A DNA stretch of 64,000 nucleotides from assembly GCA_964016885.1 (NCBI GenBank), contig OZ024743.1, positions 24,738,001 through 24,802,000 on the forward strand, in the 5' to 3' direction. Position numbers and translations under genes: made by a program. Below, in pieces: positions 39,601 to 51,900 of this stretch. The DNA comes from Eledone cirrhosa (taxonomy: Eukaryota). Each line of letters opens with the position of its first letter. Positions within the stretch are counted from its first letter, which is position 1. Under the pieces are notes generated by a model, which was not told the DNA's origin, ran no database searches, and was given only the letters and a program-made list of their open reading frames with translations.

Positions 39601-42600
39601 CTTGTTTGCTGTAGTTAACTGTGCTGACAGTTGGTTCTGTCCCTCCTCAGTCATCTCAATCTTGTTTGCTGTAGTTAACTGGGCTGACAGTTGGTTCTGT
39701 CCCTCCTCAGTCATCCCAACCTTCTTTGCTGTAGTTAACTATGCTGACAGTTGGTTCTGTCCCTCCTCAGTCATCTCTACCTTGTTTGCTGTAGTTAACT
39801 GTGCTGACAGTTGGTTCTGTCCCTCCTCAGTCATCCCAACCTTGTTTGCTGTAGTTAACAGTGCGGACAGTTGGTTCTGTCCCTCATCAGTCATCCCAAC
39901 CTTGTTTGCTGTAGTTAACTGTGCTGACAGTTGGTTCTGTCCCTCCTCAGTCATCCCAACCTTGTTTGCTGTAGTTAACTGTGCTGACAGTTGGTTCTGT
40001 CCCTCCTCAGTCATCCCAACCTTGTTTGCCGTAGTTAACTGTGTTGACGGTTGGTTCTGTCTCTCCTCAGTCATCCCAACCTTGTTTGCTGTAGTTAACT
40101 GTGCTGACAGTTTGTTCTGTCCCTCTTCAGCCATCCCAACCTTGTTTGCTGTATTTAACTGGGCTGACAGTTTTTTCTGTCCCTCCTCAGCCATCCCAAC
40201 CTTGTTTGCTGTAGTTAACAGTGCTGACAGTTGGTTCTGTCCCTCATCAGTCATCTCAACCTTGTTTGCTGTAGTTAACTGTGCTGACAGTTGGTTCTGT
40301 CCTTCCTCAGTCATACCAAACCTTGTTTGCTGTAGTTAACTGTGTTGACAGTTGGTTCTGTCCCTCCTCAGTCGTCTCAACCTTGTTTCCTGTAGTTAAC
40401 TGTGCTGACAGTTGGTTCTGTCCCTCCTCAGTCATCCCAACCTTGTTTACTGTAGTTAACTGTGCTGACGGTTGGTTCTGTCCCTCCTCAGTCATCCCAA
40501 CCTTGTTTGCTGTAGTTAACTGTGCTGACAGTTGGTTCTGTCCCTCCTCAGTCATCCCAACCTTGTTTGCTGTAGTTAACTGTTCTGACAGTTGGTTCTG
40601 TCCTTCCTCAGTCATCCCAACCTTGTTTGCTGTAGTTAACTGTTCTGACAGTTGGTTCTGTCCCTCCTCAGTCATCCCAACCTTGTTTGCTGTAGTTAAC
40701 TGTGCTGACAGTTGGTTCTGTCCCTCATCAGTCATCCCAACCTTGTTTGCTGTAGTTAACTGTGCTGACAGTTGGTTCTGTCCCTCCTCAGTCATCCCAA
40801 ACTTGATTTCTGTAGTTAACTGTGCTGACAGTTGGTTCTGTCTCTCCTCAGTCGTCCCAACCTTGTTTGCTGTAGTTAACTGTGCTGACAGTTGGTTCTG
40901 TCCTTCCTCAGTCATCCCAACCTTGATTTCTGTAGTTAACTGTGCTGACGGTTGGTTCTGTCCTTCCTCAGTCATCCCAACCTTGATTTCTGTAGTTAAC
41001 TGTGCTGACAGTTGGTTCTGTCCTTCCTCAGTCATCCCAACCTTGATTTCTGTAGTTAACTGTGCTGACAGTTGGTTCTGTCCCTCCTCAGTCATCCCAA
41101 CCTTGATTTCTGTAGTTAACTGTGCTGACAGTTGGTTCTGTCCTTCCTCAGTCATCCCAACCTTGATTTCTGTAGTTAACTGTGCTGACAGTTGGTTCTG
41201 TCCTTCCTCAGTCATCCCAACCTTGATTTCTGTAGTTAACTGTGCTGACAGTTGGTTCTGTCCCTCCTCAGTCATCCCAACCTTGATTTCTGTAGTTAAC
41301 TGTGCTGACAGTTGGTTCTGTCCTTCCTCAGTCATCCCAACCTTGATTTCTGTACTTAACTGTGCTGACAGTTGGTTCTGTCCCTCCTCAGTCATCCCAA
41401 CCTTGTTTGCTGTAGTTAACTGTGTTGACGGTTGGTTCTGTCCCTCCTCAGTCATCCCAACCTTGTTTGCTGTAGTTAACTGTGCTGACAGTTTGTTCTG
41501 TCCCTCTTCAGCCATCCCAACCTTGTTTGCTGTATTTAACTGGGCTGACAGTTTGTTCTGTCCCTCCTCAGCCATCCCAACCTTGTTTGCTGTAGTTAAC
41601 AGTGCTGACAGTTGGTTCTGTCCCTCATCAGTCATCTCAACCTTGTTTGCTGTAGTTAACTCTGCTGACAGTTGGTTCTGTCCCTCCTCAGTCATACCAA
41701 ACCTTGTTTGCTGTAGTTAACTGTGCTGACAGTTGGTTCTGTCCCTCCTCAGTCATCCCAACCTTGTTTGCTGTAGTTAACTGTGCTGACAGTTGGTTCT
41801 GTCCCTCCTCAGTCATCCCAACCTTGTTTGCTGTAGTTAACTGTGCTGACAGTTGGTTCTGTCCCTCCTCAGTCATCCCAACCTTGTTTGCTGTAGTTAA
41901 CTGTGCTGACAGTTGGTTCTGTCCCTCCTCAGTCATCCCAACCTTGTTTGCTGTAGTTAACTGTGCTGACAGTTGGTTCTGTCCCTCCTCAGTCATCCCA
42001 ACCTTGTTTGCTGTAGTTAACTGTGTTGACAGATGGTTCTGTCCCTCCTCAGTCATCCCAACCTTGTTTGCTGTATTTAACTGGGCTGACAGTTTGTTCT
42101 GTCCCTCCTCAGCCATCCCAACCTTGTTTGCTGTAGTTAACAGTGCTGACAGTTGGTTCTGTCCCTCATCAGTCATCTCAACCTTGTTTGCTGTAGTTAA
42201 CTGTGCTGACAGTTGGTTCTGTCCTTCCTCAGTCATACCAAACCTTGTTTGCTGTAGTTAACTGTGTTGACAGTTGGTTCTGTCCCTCCTCAGTCGTCTC
42301 AACCTTGTTTGCTGTAGTTAACTGTGCTGACAGTTGGTTCTGTCCCTCCTCAGTCATCCCAACCTTGTTTGCTGTAGTTAACTGTGCTGACAGTTGGTTC
42401 TGTCCCTCCTCAGTCATCCCAACCTTGATTTCTGTAGTTAACTGTGCTGACAGTTGGTTCTGTGCCTCCTCAGTCATCCCAACCTTGTTTACTGTAGTTA
42501 ACTGTGCTGACAGTTGGTTCTGTCCCTCCTCAGTCATCCCAACCTTGTTTGCTGTAGTTAACTGTGCTGACAGTTGGTTCTGTCCCTCCTCAGTCATCTC

Positions 42601-42770
42601 AATCTTGTTTGCTGTAGTTAACTGGGCTGACAGTTGGTTCTGTCCATCCTCAGTCATCTCAACCTTCTTTGCTGTAGTTAACTATGCTGACAGTTGGTTC
42701 TGTCCCTCCTCAGTCATCTCTACCTTGTTTGCTGTAGTTAACTGTGCTGACAGTTGGTTCTGTCCCTCCT
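30630..42770 (+). repeat. Tandem higher-order duplication, period 6,065 bp (101 monomers + 5 insertions)
   Basis: ORF starts 30734/36799, 33195/39260, 34216/40281, 35639/41704 and 36138/42203 are all offset by 6,065. Shared private variants include CCGAACC, TCTGTCGTC and TTGCCGTAG. Confidence 0.93.
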
Positions 42771-44819
42771 CAGTCATCCCAACCTTGTTTGCTGTAGTTA
42801 ACAGTGCGGACAGTTGGTTCTGTCCCTCATCAGTCATCCCAACCTTGTTTGCTGTAGTTAACTGTGCTGACAGTTGGTTCTGTCCCTCCTCAGTCATCCC
42901 AACCTTGTTTGCTGTAGTTAACTGTGCTGACAGTTGGTTCTGTCCCTCCTCAGTCATCCCAACCTTGTTTGCTGTAGTTAACTGTGTTGACGGTTGGTTC
43001 TGTCTCTCCTCAGTCATCCCAACCTTGTTTGCTGTAGTTAACTGTGCTGACAGTTTGTTCTGTCCCTCTTCAGCCATCCCAACCTTGTTTGCTGTATTTA
43101 ACTGGGCTGACAGTTTTTTCTGTCCCTCCTCAGCCATCCCAACCTTGTTTGCTGTAGTTAACAGTGCTGACAGTTGGTTCTGTCCCTCATCAGTCATCTC
43201 AACCTTGTTTGCTGTAGTTAACTGTGCTGACAGTTGGTTCTGTCCTTCCTCAGTCATACCAAACCTTGTTTGCTGTAGTTAACTGTGTTGACAGTTGGTT
43301 CTGTCCCTCCTCAGTCGTCTCAACCTTGTTTCCTGTAGTTAACTGTGCTGACAGTTGGTTCTGTCCCTCCTCAGTCATCCCAACCTTGTTTGCTGTAGTT
43401 AACTGTGCTGACAGTTGGTTCTGTCCCTCCTCAGTCATCCCAACCTTGTTTACTGTAGTTAACTGTGCTGACGGTTGGTTCTGTCCCTCCTCAGTCATCC
43501 CAACCTTGTTTGCTGTAGTTAACTGTGCTGACAGTTGGTTCTGTCCCTCCTCAGTCATCCCAACCTTGTTTGCTGTAGTTAACTGTTCTGACAGTTGGTT
43601 CTGTCCTTCCTCAGTCATCCCAACCTTGTTTGCTGTAGTTAACTGTTCTGACAGTTGGTTCTGTCCCTCCTCAGTCATCCCAACCTTGTTTGCTGTAGTT
43701 AACAGTGCTGACAGTTGGTTCTGTCCCTCATCAGTCATCCCAACCTTGTTTGCTGTAGTTAACTGTGCTGACAGTTGGTTCTGTCCCTCCTCAGTCATCC
43801 CAAACTTGATTTCTGTAGTTAACTGTGCTGACAGTTGGTTCTGTCTCTCCTCAGTCGTCCCAACCTTGTTTGCTGTAGTTAACTGTGCTGACAGTTGGTT
43901 CTGTCCTTCCTCAGTCATCCCAACCTTGATTTCTGTAGTTAACTGTGCTGACGGTTGGTTCTGTCCTTCCTCAGTCATCCCAACCTTGATTTCTGTAGTT
44001 AACTGTGCTGACAGTTGGTTCTGTCCTTCCTCAGTCATCCCAACCTTGATTTCTGTAGTTAACTGTGCTGACAGTTGGTTCTGTCCCTCCTCAGTCATCC
44101 CAACCTTGATTTCTGTAGTTAACTGTGCTGACAGTTGGTTCTGTCCTTCCTCAGTCATCCCAACCTTGATTTCTGTAGTTAACTGTGCTGACAGTTGGTT
44201 CTGTCCTTCCTCAGTCATCCCAACCTTGATTTCTGTAGTTAACTGTGCTGACAGTTGGTTCTGTCCCTCCTCAGTCATCCCAACCTTGATTTCTATAGTT
44301 AACTGTGCTGACAGTTGGTTCTGTCCTTCCTCAGTCATCCCAACCTTGATTTCTGTACTTAACTGTGCTGACAGTTGGTTCTGTCCCTCCTCAGTCATCC
44401 CAATTTTGTTTGCTGTAGTTAACTGTGTTGACGGTTGGTTCTGTCCCTCCTCAGTCATCCCAACCTTGTTTGCTGTAGTTAACTGTGCTGACAGTTTGTT
44501 CTGTCCCTCTTCAGCCATCCCAACCTTGTTTGCTGTATTTAACTGGGCTGACAGTTTGTTCTGTCCCTCCTCAGCCATCCCAACCTTGTTTGCTGTAGTT
44601 AACAGTGCTGACAGTTGGTTCTGTCCCTCATCAGTCATCTCAACCTTGTTTGCTGTAGTTAACTCTGCTGACAGTTGGTTCTGTCCCTCCTCAGTCATAC
44701 CAAACCTTGTTTGCTGTAGTTAACTGTGTTGACAGTTGGTTCTGTCCCTCCTCAGTCGTCTCAACCTTGTTTGCTGTAGTTAACTGTGCTGACAGTTGGT
44801 TCTGTCCCTCCTCAGTCAT

Positions 44820-47800
44820 CCCAACCTTGTTTGCTGTAGTTAACTGTGCTGACAGTTGGTTCTGTCCCTCCTCAGTCATCCCAACCTTGATTTCTGTAGT
44901 TAACTGTGCTGACAGTTGGTTCTGTGCCTCCTCAGTCGTCTCAACCTTGTTTGCTGTAGTTAACTGTGCTGACAGTTGGTTCTGTCCCTCCTCAGTCATC
45001 CCAACCTTGTTTGCTGTAGTTAACTGTGCTGACAGTTGGTTCTGTCCCTCCTCAGTCATCCCAACCTTGTTTACTGTAGTTAACTGTGCTGATGGTTGGT
45101 TCTGTCCCTCCTCAGTCATCTCAACCTTATTTGCTGTAGTTAACTGTGCTGACAGTTTGTTCTGTCCCTCCTTAGTCATCCCAACCTTGTTTGCTGTAGT
45201 TAACTGTGCTGACAGTTGGTTCTGTCCCTCCTCAGTCATCTCAACCTTGTTTGCTGTAGTTAACTGTGCTGACAGTTTGTTCTGTCCCTCCTCAGTCATC
45301 TCAACCTTGTTTGCTGTAGTTAACTGTGCTGACAGTTGGTTCTGTCCCTCCTCAGTCATCTCAACCTTGTTTGCTGTAGTTAACTGTGCTGACAGTTTGT
45401 TCTGTCCCTCCTTAGTCATCCCAACCTTGTTTGCTGTAGTTAACTGTGCTGACAGTTGGTTCTGTCCCTCCTCAGTCATCCCAACCTTGTTTGCTGTAGT
45501 TAACTGTGCTGACAGTTGGTTCTGTCCCTCATCATTCATCCCAACCTTGTTTGCTGTAGTTAACTGTGCTGACAGTTGGTTCTGTCCCTCCTCAGTCATC
45601 CCAAACTTGATTTCTGTAGTTAACTGTGCTGACAGTTGGTTCTGTCTCTCCTCAGTCGTCCCAACCTTGTTTGCTGTAGTTAACTGTGCTGACAGTTGGT
45701 TCTGTCCTTCCTCAGTCATCCCAACCTTGATTTCTGTAGTTAACTGTGCTGACGGTTGGTTCTGTCCTTCCTCAGTCATCCCAACCTTGATTTCTGTAGT
45801 TAACTGTGCTGACAGTTGGTTCTGTCCTTCCTCAGTCATCCCAACCTTGATTTCTGTAGTTAACTGTGCTGACAGTTGGTTCTGTCCCTCCTCAGTCATC
45901 CCAACCTTGATTTCTGTAGTTAACTGTGCTGACAGTTGGTTCTGTCCTTCCTCAGTCATCCCAACCTTGATTTCTGTAGTTAACTGTGCTGACAGTTGGT
46001 TCTGTCCTTCCTCAGTCATCCCAACCTTGATTTCTGTAGTTAACTGTGCTGACAGTTGGTTCTGTCCCTCCTCAGTCATCCCAACCTTGATTTCTGTAGT
46101 TAACTGTGCTGACAGTTGGTTCTGTCCTTCCTCAGTCATCCCAACCTTGATTTCTGTAGTTAACTATGCTGACAGTTGGTTCTGTCCCTCCTCAGTCATC
46201 CCAACCTTGATTTCTGTAGTTAACTGTGCTGACAGTTGGTTCTGTCCTTCCTCAGTCATCCCAACCTTGATTTCTGTAGTTAACTGTGCTGACAGTTGGT
46301 TCTGTCCTTCCTCAGTCATCCCAACCTTGATTTCTGTAGTTAACAGTGCTGACAGTTGGTTCTGTCCCTCCTCAGTCATCCCAACCTTGATTTCTGGAGT
46401 TAACTGTGCTGACAGTTGGTTCTGTCTCTCCTCAGTCGTCCCAACCTTGTTTGCTGTAGTTAACTGTGCTGACAGTTGGTTCTGTCCTTCCTCAGTCATC
46501 CCAACCTTGTTTGCTGTAGTTAACTGTTCTGACAGTTGGTTCTGTCCCTCCTCAGTCATCCCAACCTTGTTTGCTGTAGTTAACTGTTCTGACAGTTGGT
46601 TCTGTCCCTCCTCAGTTATCCCAACCTTGTTTGCTGTAGTTAACTGTGCTGACAGTTGGTTCTGTCCCTCCTCAGTCATCCCAAACTTGATTTCTGTAGT
46701 TAACTGTGCTGACAGTTGGTTCTGTCTCTCCTCAGTCGTCCCAACCTTGTTTGCTGTAGTTATCTGTGCTGACAGTTGGTTCTGTCCTTCCTCAGTCATC
46801 CCAACCTTGATTTCTGTAGTTAACTGTGCTGACGGTTGGTTCTGTCCTTCCTCAGTCATCCCAACCTTGATTTCTGTAGTTAACTGTGCTGACAGTTGGT
46901 TCTGTCCTTCCTCAGTCATCCCAACCTTGATTTCTGTAGTTAACAGTGCTGACAGTTGGTTCTGTCCCTCCTCAGTCATCCCAACCTTGATTTCTGGAGT
47001 TAACTGTGCTGACAGTTGGTTCTGTCTCTCCTCAGTCATCCCAACCTTGTTTGCTGTAGTTAACTGTGCTGACAGTTGGTTCTGTCCCTCCTCAGTCATC
47101 CCAACCTTGATTTGTGTAGTTAACTGTGCTGACAGTTGGTTCTGTGCCTCCTCAGTCGTCTCAACCTTGTTTGCTGTAGTTAACTGTGCTGACAGTTGGT
47201 TCTGTCCCTCCTCAGTCATCCCAACCTTGTTTGCTGTAGTTAACTGTGCTGACAGTTGGTTCTGTCCCTCCTCAGTCATCCCAACCTTGTTTACTGTAGT
47301 TAACTGTGCTGATGGTTGGTTCTGTCCCTCCTCAGTCATCTCAACCTTATTTGCTGTAGTTAACTGTGCTGACAGTTTGTTCTCTCCCTCCTTAGTCATC
47401 CCAACCTTGTTTGCTGTAGTTAACTGTGCTGACAGTTGGTTCTGTCCCTCCTCAGTCATCCCAACCTTGTTTGCTGTAGTTAACTGTGCTGACAGTTGGT
47501 TCTGTCCCTCCTCAGTCATCTCAACCTTGTTTGCTGTAGTTAACTGTGCTGACAGTTTGTTCTGTCCCTCCTCAGTCATCTCAACCTTGTTTGCTGTAGT
47601 TAACTGTGCTGACAGTTGGTTCTGTCCCTCCTCAGTCATCTCAACCTTGTTTGCTGTAGTTAACTGTGCTGACAGTTTGTTCTGTCCCTCCTTAGTCATC
47701 CCAACCTTGTTTGCTGTAGTTAACTGTGCTGACAGTTGGTTCTGTCCCTCCTCAGTCATCCCAACCTTGTTTGCTGTAGTTAACTGTGCTGACAGTTGGT

Positions 47801-48900
47801 TCTGTCCCTCATCATTCATCCCAACCTTGTTTGCTGTAGTTAACTGTGCTGACAGTTGGTTCTGTCCCTCCTCAGTCATCCCAAACTTGATTTCTGTAGT
47901 TAACTGTGCTGACAGTTGGTTCTGTCTCTCCTCAGTCGTCCCAACCTTGTTTGCTGTAGTTAACTGTGCTGACAGTTGGTTCTGTTCTTCCTCAGTCATC
48001 CCAACCTTGATTTCTGTAGTTAACTGTGCTGACGGTTGGTTCTGTCCTTCCTCAGTCATCCCAACCTTGATTTCTGTAGTTAACTGTGCTGACAGTTGGT
48101 TCTGTCCTTCCTCAGTCATCCCAACCTTGATTTCTGTAGTTAACTGTGCTGACAGTTGGTTCTGTCCCTCCTCAGTCATCCCAACCTTGATTTCTGTAGT
48201 TAACTGTGCTGACAGTTGGTTCTGTCCTTCCTCAGTCATCCCAACCTTGATTTCTGTAGTTAACTGTGCTGACAGTTGGTTCTGTCCTTCCTCAGTCATC
48301 CCAACCTTGATTTCTGTAGTTAACTGTGCTGACAGTTGGTTCTGTCCCTCCTCAGTCATCCCAACCTTGATTTCTGTAGTTAACTGTGCTGACAGTTGGT
48401 TCTGTCCTTCCTCAGTCATCCCAACCTTGATTTCTGTAGTTAACTATGCTGACAGTTGGTTCTGTCCCTCCTCAGTCATCCCAACCTTGATTTCTGTAGT
48501 TAACTGTGCTGACAGTTGGTTCTGTCCTTCCTCAGTCATCCCAACCTTGATTTCTGTAGTTAACTGTGCTGACAGTTGGTTCTGTCCTTCCTCAGTCATC
48601 CCAACCTTGATTTCTGTAGTTAACAGTGCTGACAGTTGGTTCTGTCCCTCCTCAGTCATCCCAACCTTGATTTCTGGAGTTAACTGTGCTGACAGTTGGT
48701 TCTGTCTCTCCTCAGTCGTCCCAACCTTGTTTGCTGTAGTTAACTGTGCTGACAGTTGGTTCTGTCCTTCCTCAGTCATCCCAACCTTGTTTGCTGTAGT
48801 TAACTGTTCTGACAGTTGGTTCTGTCCCTCCTCAGTCATCCCAACCTTGTTTGCTGTAGTTAACTGTTCTGACAGTTGGTTCTGTGCCTCATCAGTTATC
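44820..48900 (+). repeat. Higher-order duplication, offset 2,220-2,280 bp (37-38 monomers)
   Basis: GATGGTT+CTTATT at lines 45061/47281 (offset 2,220). ATCATTC at 45481/47761 and TATGCT at 46141/48421 (offset 2,280). The second copy has one extra monomer near 47400. Confidence 0.85.
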
Positions 48901-51900
48901 CCAACCTTGTTTGCTGTAGTTAACTCTGCTGACAGTTGGTTCTGTCCCTCCTCAGTCATCCCAACCTTGTTTGCTGTAGTTAACTGTGCTGACAGTTGGT
49001 TCTGTCCCTCCTCAGTCATTCCAACCTTGTTTGCTGTAGTTAACTGTGCTGACAGTTGGTTCTGTCCTTCCTCAGTCATCCCAACCTTGTTTGCTGTAGT
49101 TAACTGTGCTGACAGTTGGTTCTGTCCCTCCTCAGTCATCCCAACCTTGTTTGCTGTAGTTAACTGTTCTGACAGTTGGTTCTGTCCTTCCTCAGTCATC
49201 CCAACCTTGTTTGCTGTAGTTAACTGTTCTGACAGTTGGTTCTGTCCCTCCTCAGTCATCCCAACCTTGTTTGCTGTAGTTAACTGTGCTGACAGTTTGT
49301 TCTGTCCCTCCTTAGTCATCCCAACCTTGTTTGCTGTAGTTAACTGTGCTGACAGTTGGTTCTATCCCTCCTCAGTCATCCCAACCTTGTTTGCTGTAGT
49401 TAACTGTGCTGACAGTTGGTTCTGTCCCTCATCAGTCATCCCAACCTTGTTTGCTGTAGTTAACTGTGCTGACAGTTGGTTCTGTCCCTCCTCAGTCATC
49501 CCAAACTTGATTTCTGTAGTTAACTGTGCTGATAGTTGGTTCTGTCTCTCCTAAGTCGTCCCAACCTTGTTTGCTGTAGTTAACTGTGCTGACAGTTGGT
49601 TCTGTCCTTCCTCAGTCATCCCAACCTTGATTTCTGTAGTTAACTGTGCTGACGGTTGGTTCTGTCCTTCCTCAGTCATCCCAACCTTGATTTCTGTAGT
49701 TAACTGTGCTGACAGTTGTTTCTGTCCTTCCTCAGTCATCCCAACCTTGATTTCTGTAGTTAACTGTGCTGACAGTTGGTTCTGTCCCTCCTCAGTCATC
49801 CCAACCTTGATTTCTGTAGTTAACTGTGCTGACAGTTGGTTCTGTCCTTCCTCAGTCATCCCAACCTTGATTTCTGTAGTTAACTGTGCTGACAGTTGGT
49901 TCTGTCCCTCCTCAGTCATCCCAACCTTGATTTCTGTAGTTAACTGTGCTGACAGTTGGTTCTGTCCTTCCTCAGTCATCCCAACCTTGATTTCTGTAGT
50001 TAACTGTGCTGACAGTTGGTTCTGTCCCTCCTCAGTCATCCCAACCTTGATTTCTGTAGTTAACTGTGCTGACAGTTGGTTCTGTCCTTCCTCAGTCATC
50101 CCAACCTTGATTTCTGTAGTTAACTGTGCTGACAGTTGGTTCTGTCCTTCCTCAGTCATCCCAACCTTGATTTCTGTAGTTAACAGTGCTGACAGTTGGT
50201 TCTGTCCCTCCTCAGTCATCCCAACCTTGATTTCTGTAGTTAACTGTGCTGACAGTTGGTTCTGTCTCTCCTCAGTCGTCCCAACCTTGTTTGCTGTAGT
50301 TAACTGTGCTGACAGTTGGTTCTGTCCTTCCTCAGTCATCCCAACCTTGTTTGCTGTAGTTAACTGTTCTGACAGTTGGTTCTGTCCTTCCTCAGTCATC
50401 CCAACCTTGTTTGCTGTAGTTAACTGTTCTGACAGTTGGTTCTGTCCCTCCTCTGTCATCCCAACCTTGTTTGCTGTAGTTAACTGTTCTGACAGTTGGT
50501 TCTGTCCCTCCTCAGTCATCCCAACCTTGTTTGCTGTAGTTAACTCTGCTGACAGTTGGTTCTGTCCCTCCTCAGTCATCCCAACCTTGTTTGCTGTAGT
50601 TAACTGTGCTGACAGTTGGTTCTGTCCCTCCTCAGTCATCCCCACCTTGTTTGCTGTAGTTAACTGTGCTGACAGTTGGTTCTGTCCTTCCTCAGTCATC
50701 CCAACCTTGTTTGCTGTAGTTAACTGTGCTGACAGTTGGTTCTGTCCCTCCTCAGTCATCCCAACCTTGTTTGCTGTAGTTAACTGTTCTGACAGTTGGT
50801 TCTGTCCCTCCTCAGTCATCCCAACCTTGTTTGCTGTAGTTAACTGTGCTGACAGTTGGTTCTGTCCCTCCTCAGTCATCCCAACCTTGTTTGCTGTAGT
50901 TAACTGTGCTGACAGTTGGTTCTGTCCCTCCTCAGTCATCCCAACCTTGTTTGCTGTAGTTAACAGTGCTGACAGTTGGTTCTATCCCTCCTCAGTCATC
51001 CCACCTTGTTTGCTGTAGTTAACTGTGCTGACAGTTGGTTCTGTCCCTCCTCAGTCATCCCAACCTTGTTTGCTGTAGTTAACTGTTCTGACAGTTGGTT
51101 CTGTCCCTCCTCAGTCATCCCAACCTTGTTTGCTGTAGTTAACTGTGCTGACAGTTGGTTCTGTCCCTCCTCAGTCATCTCAACCTTGTTTGCTGTAGTT
51201 AACAGTGCTGACAGTTGGTTCTGTCCCTCCTCAGTCATCCCAACCTTGTTTGCTGTAGTTAACTGTGCTGACAGTTGGTTCTGTCCCTCCTCGGTCATCT
51301 CAACCTTGTTTGCTGTAGTTAACAGTGCTGACAGTTGGTTCTATCCCTCCTCAGTCATCTCAACCTTGTTTGCTGTAGTTAACTGTGCGGACAGTTGGTT
51401 CTGTCCCTCCTCAGTCATCCCAACCTTGTTTGCTGTATTTAACAGTGCTGACAGTTGGTTCTGTCCCTCCTCAGTCATCCCAACCTTGTTTGCTGTAGTT
51501 AACTGTGCTGACAGTTGGTTCTGTCCCTCCTTAGTCATCCCAACCTTGTTTGCTGTAGTTTACTGTGCTGACAGTTGGTTCTGTCCCTCCTCAGTCATCT
51601 CAATCTTGTTTGCTGTAGTTAACTGGGCTGACAGTTGGTTCTGTCCCTCCTCAGTCATCTCAACCTCCTTTGCTGTAGTTAACTGTGCTGACAGTTGGTT
51701 CTGTCCCTCCTCAGTCATCTCAACCTTGTTTGCTGTAGTTAACTGTGCTGACAGTTGGTTCTGTCCCTCCTCAGTCATCCCAACCTTGTTTGCTGTAGTT
51801 AACTGTGCTGACAGTTGGTTCTGTCCCTCCTCGGTCATCCCAACCTTGTTTGCTGTAGTTAACAGTGCTGACAGTTGGTTCTGTCCCTCCTCAGTCATCC

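Noticed and set aside
560-44710. Programmed frameshifting or phase variation at CCCAAACC sites
   Set aside because: There is no supported gene to shift, and the sites are copies of one inherited insertion.
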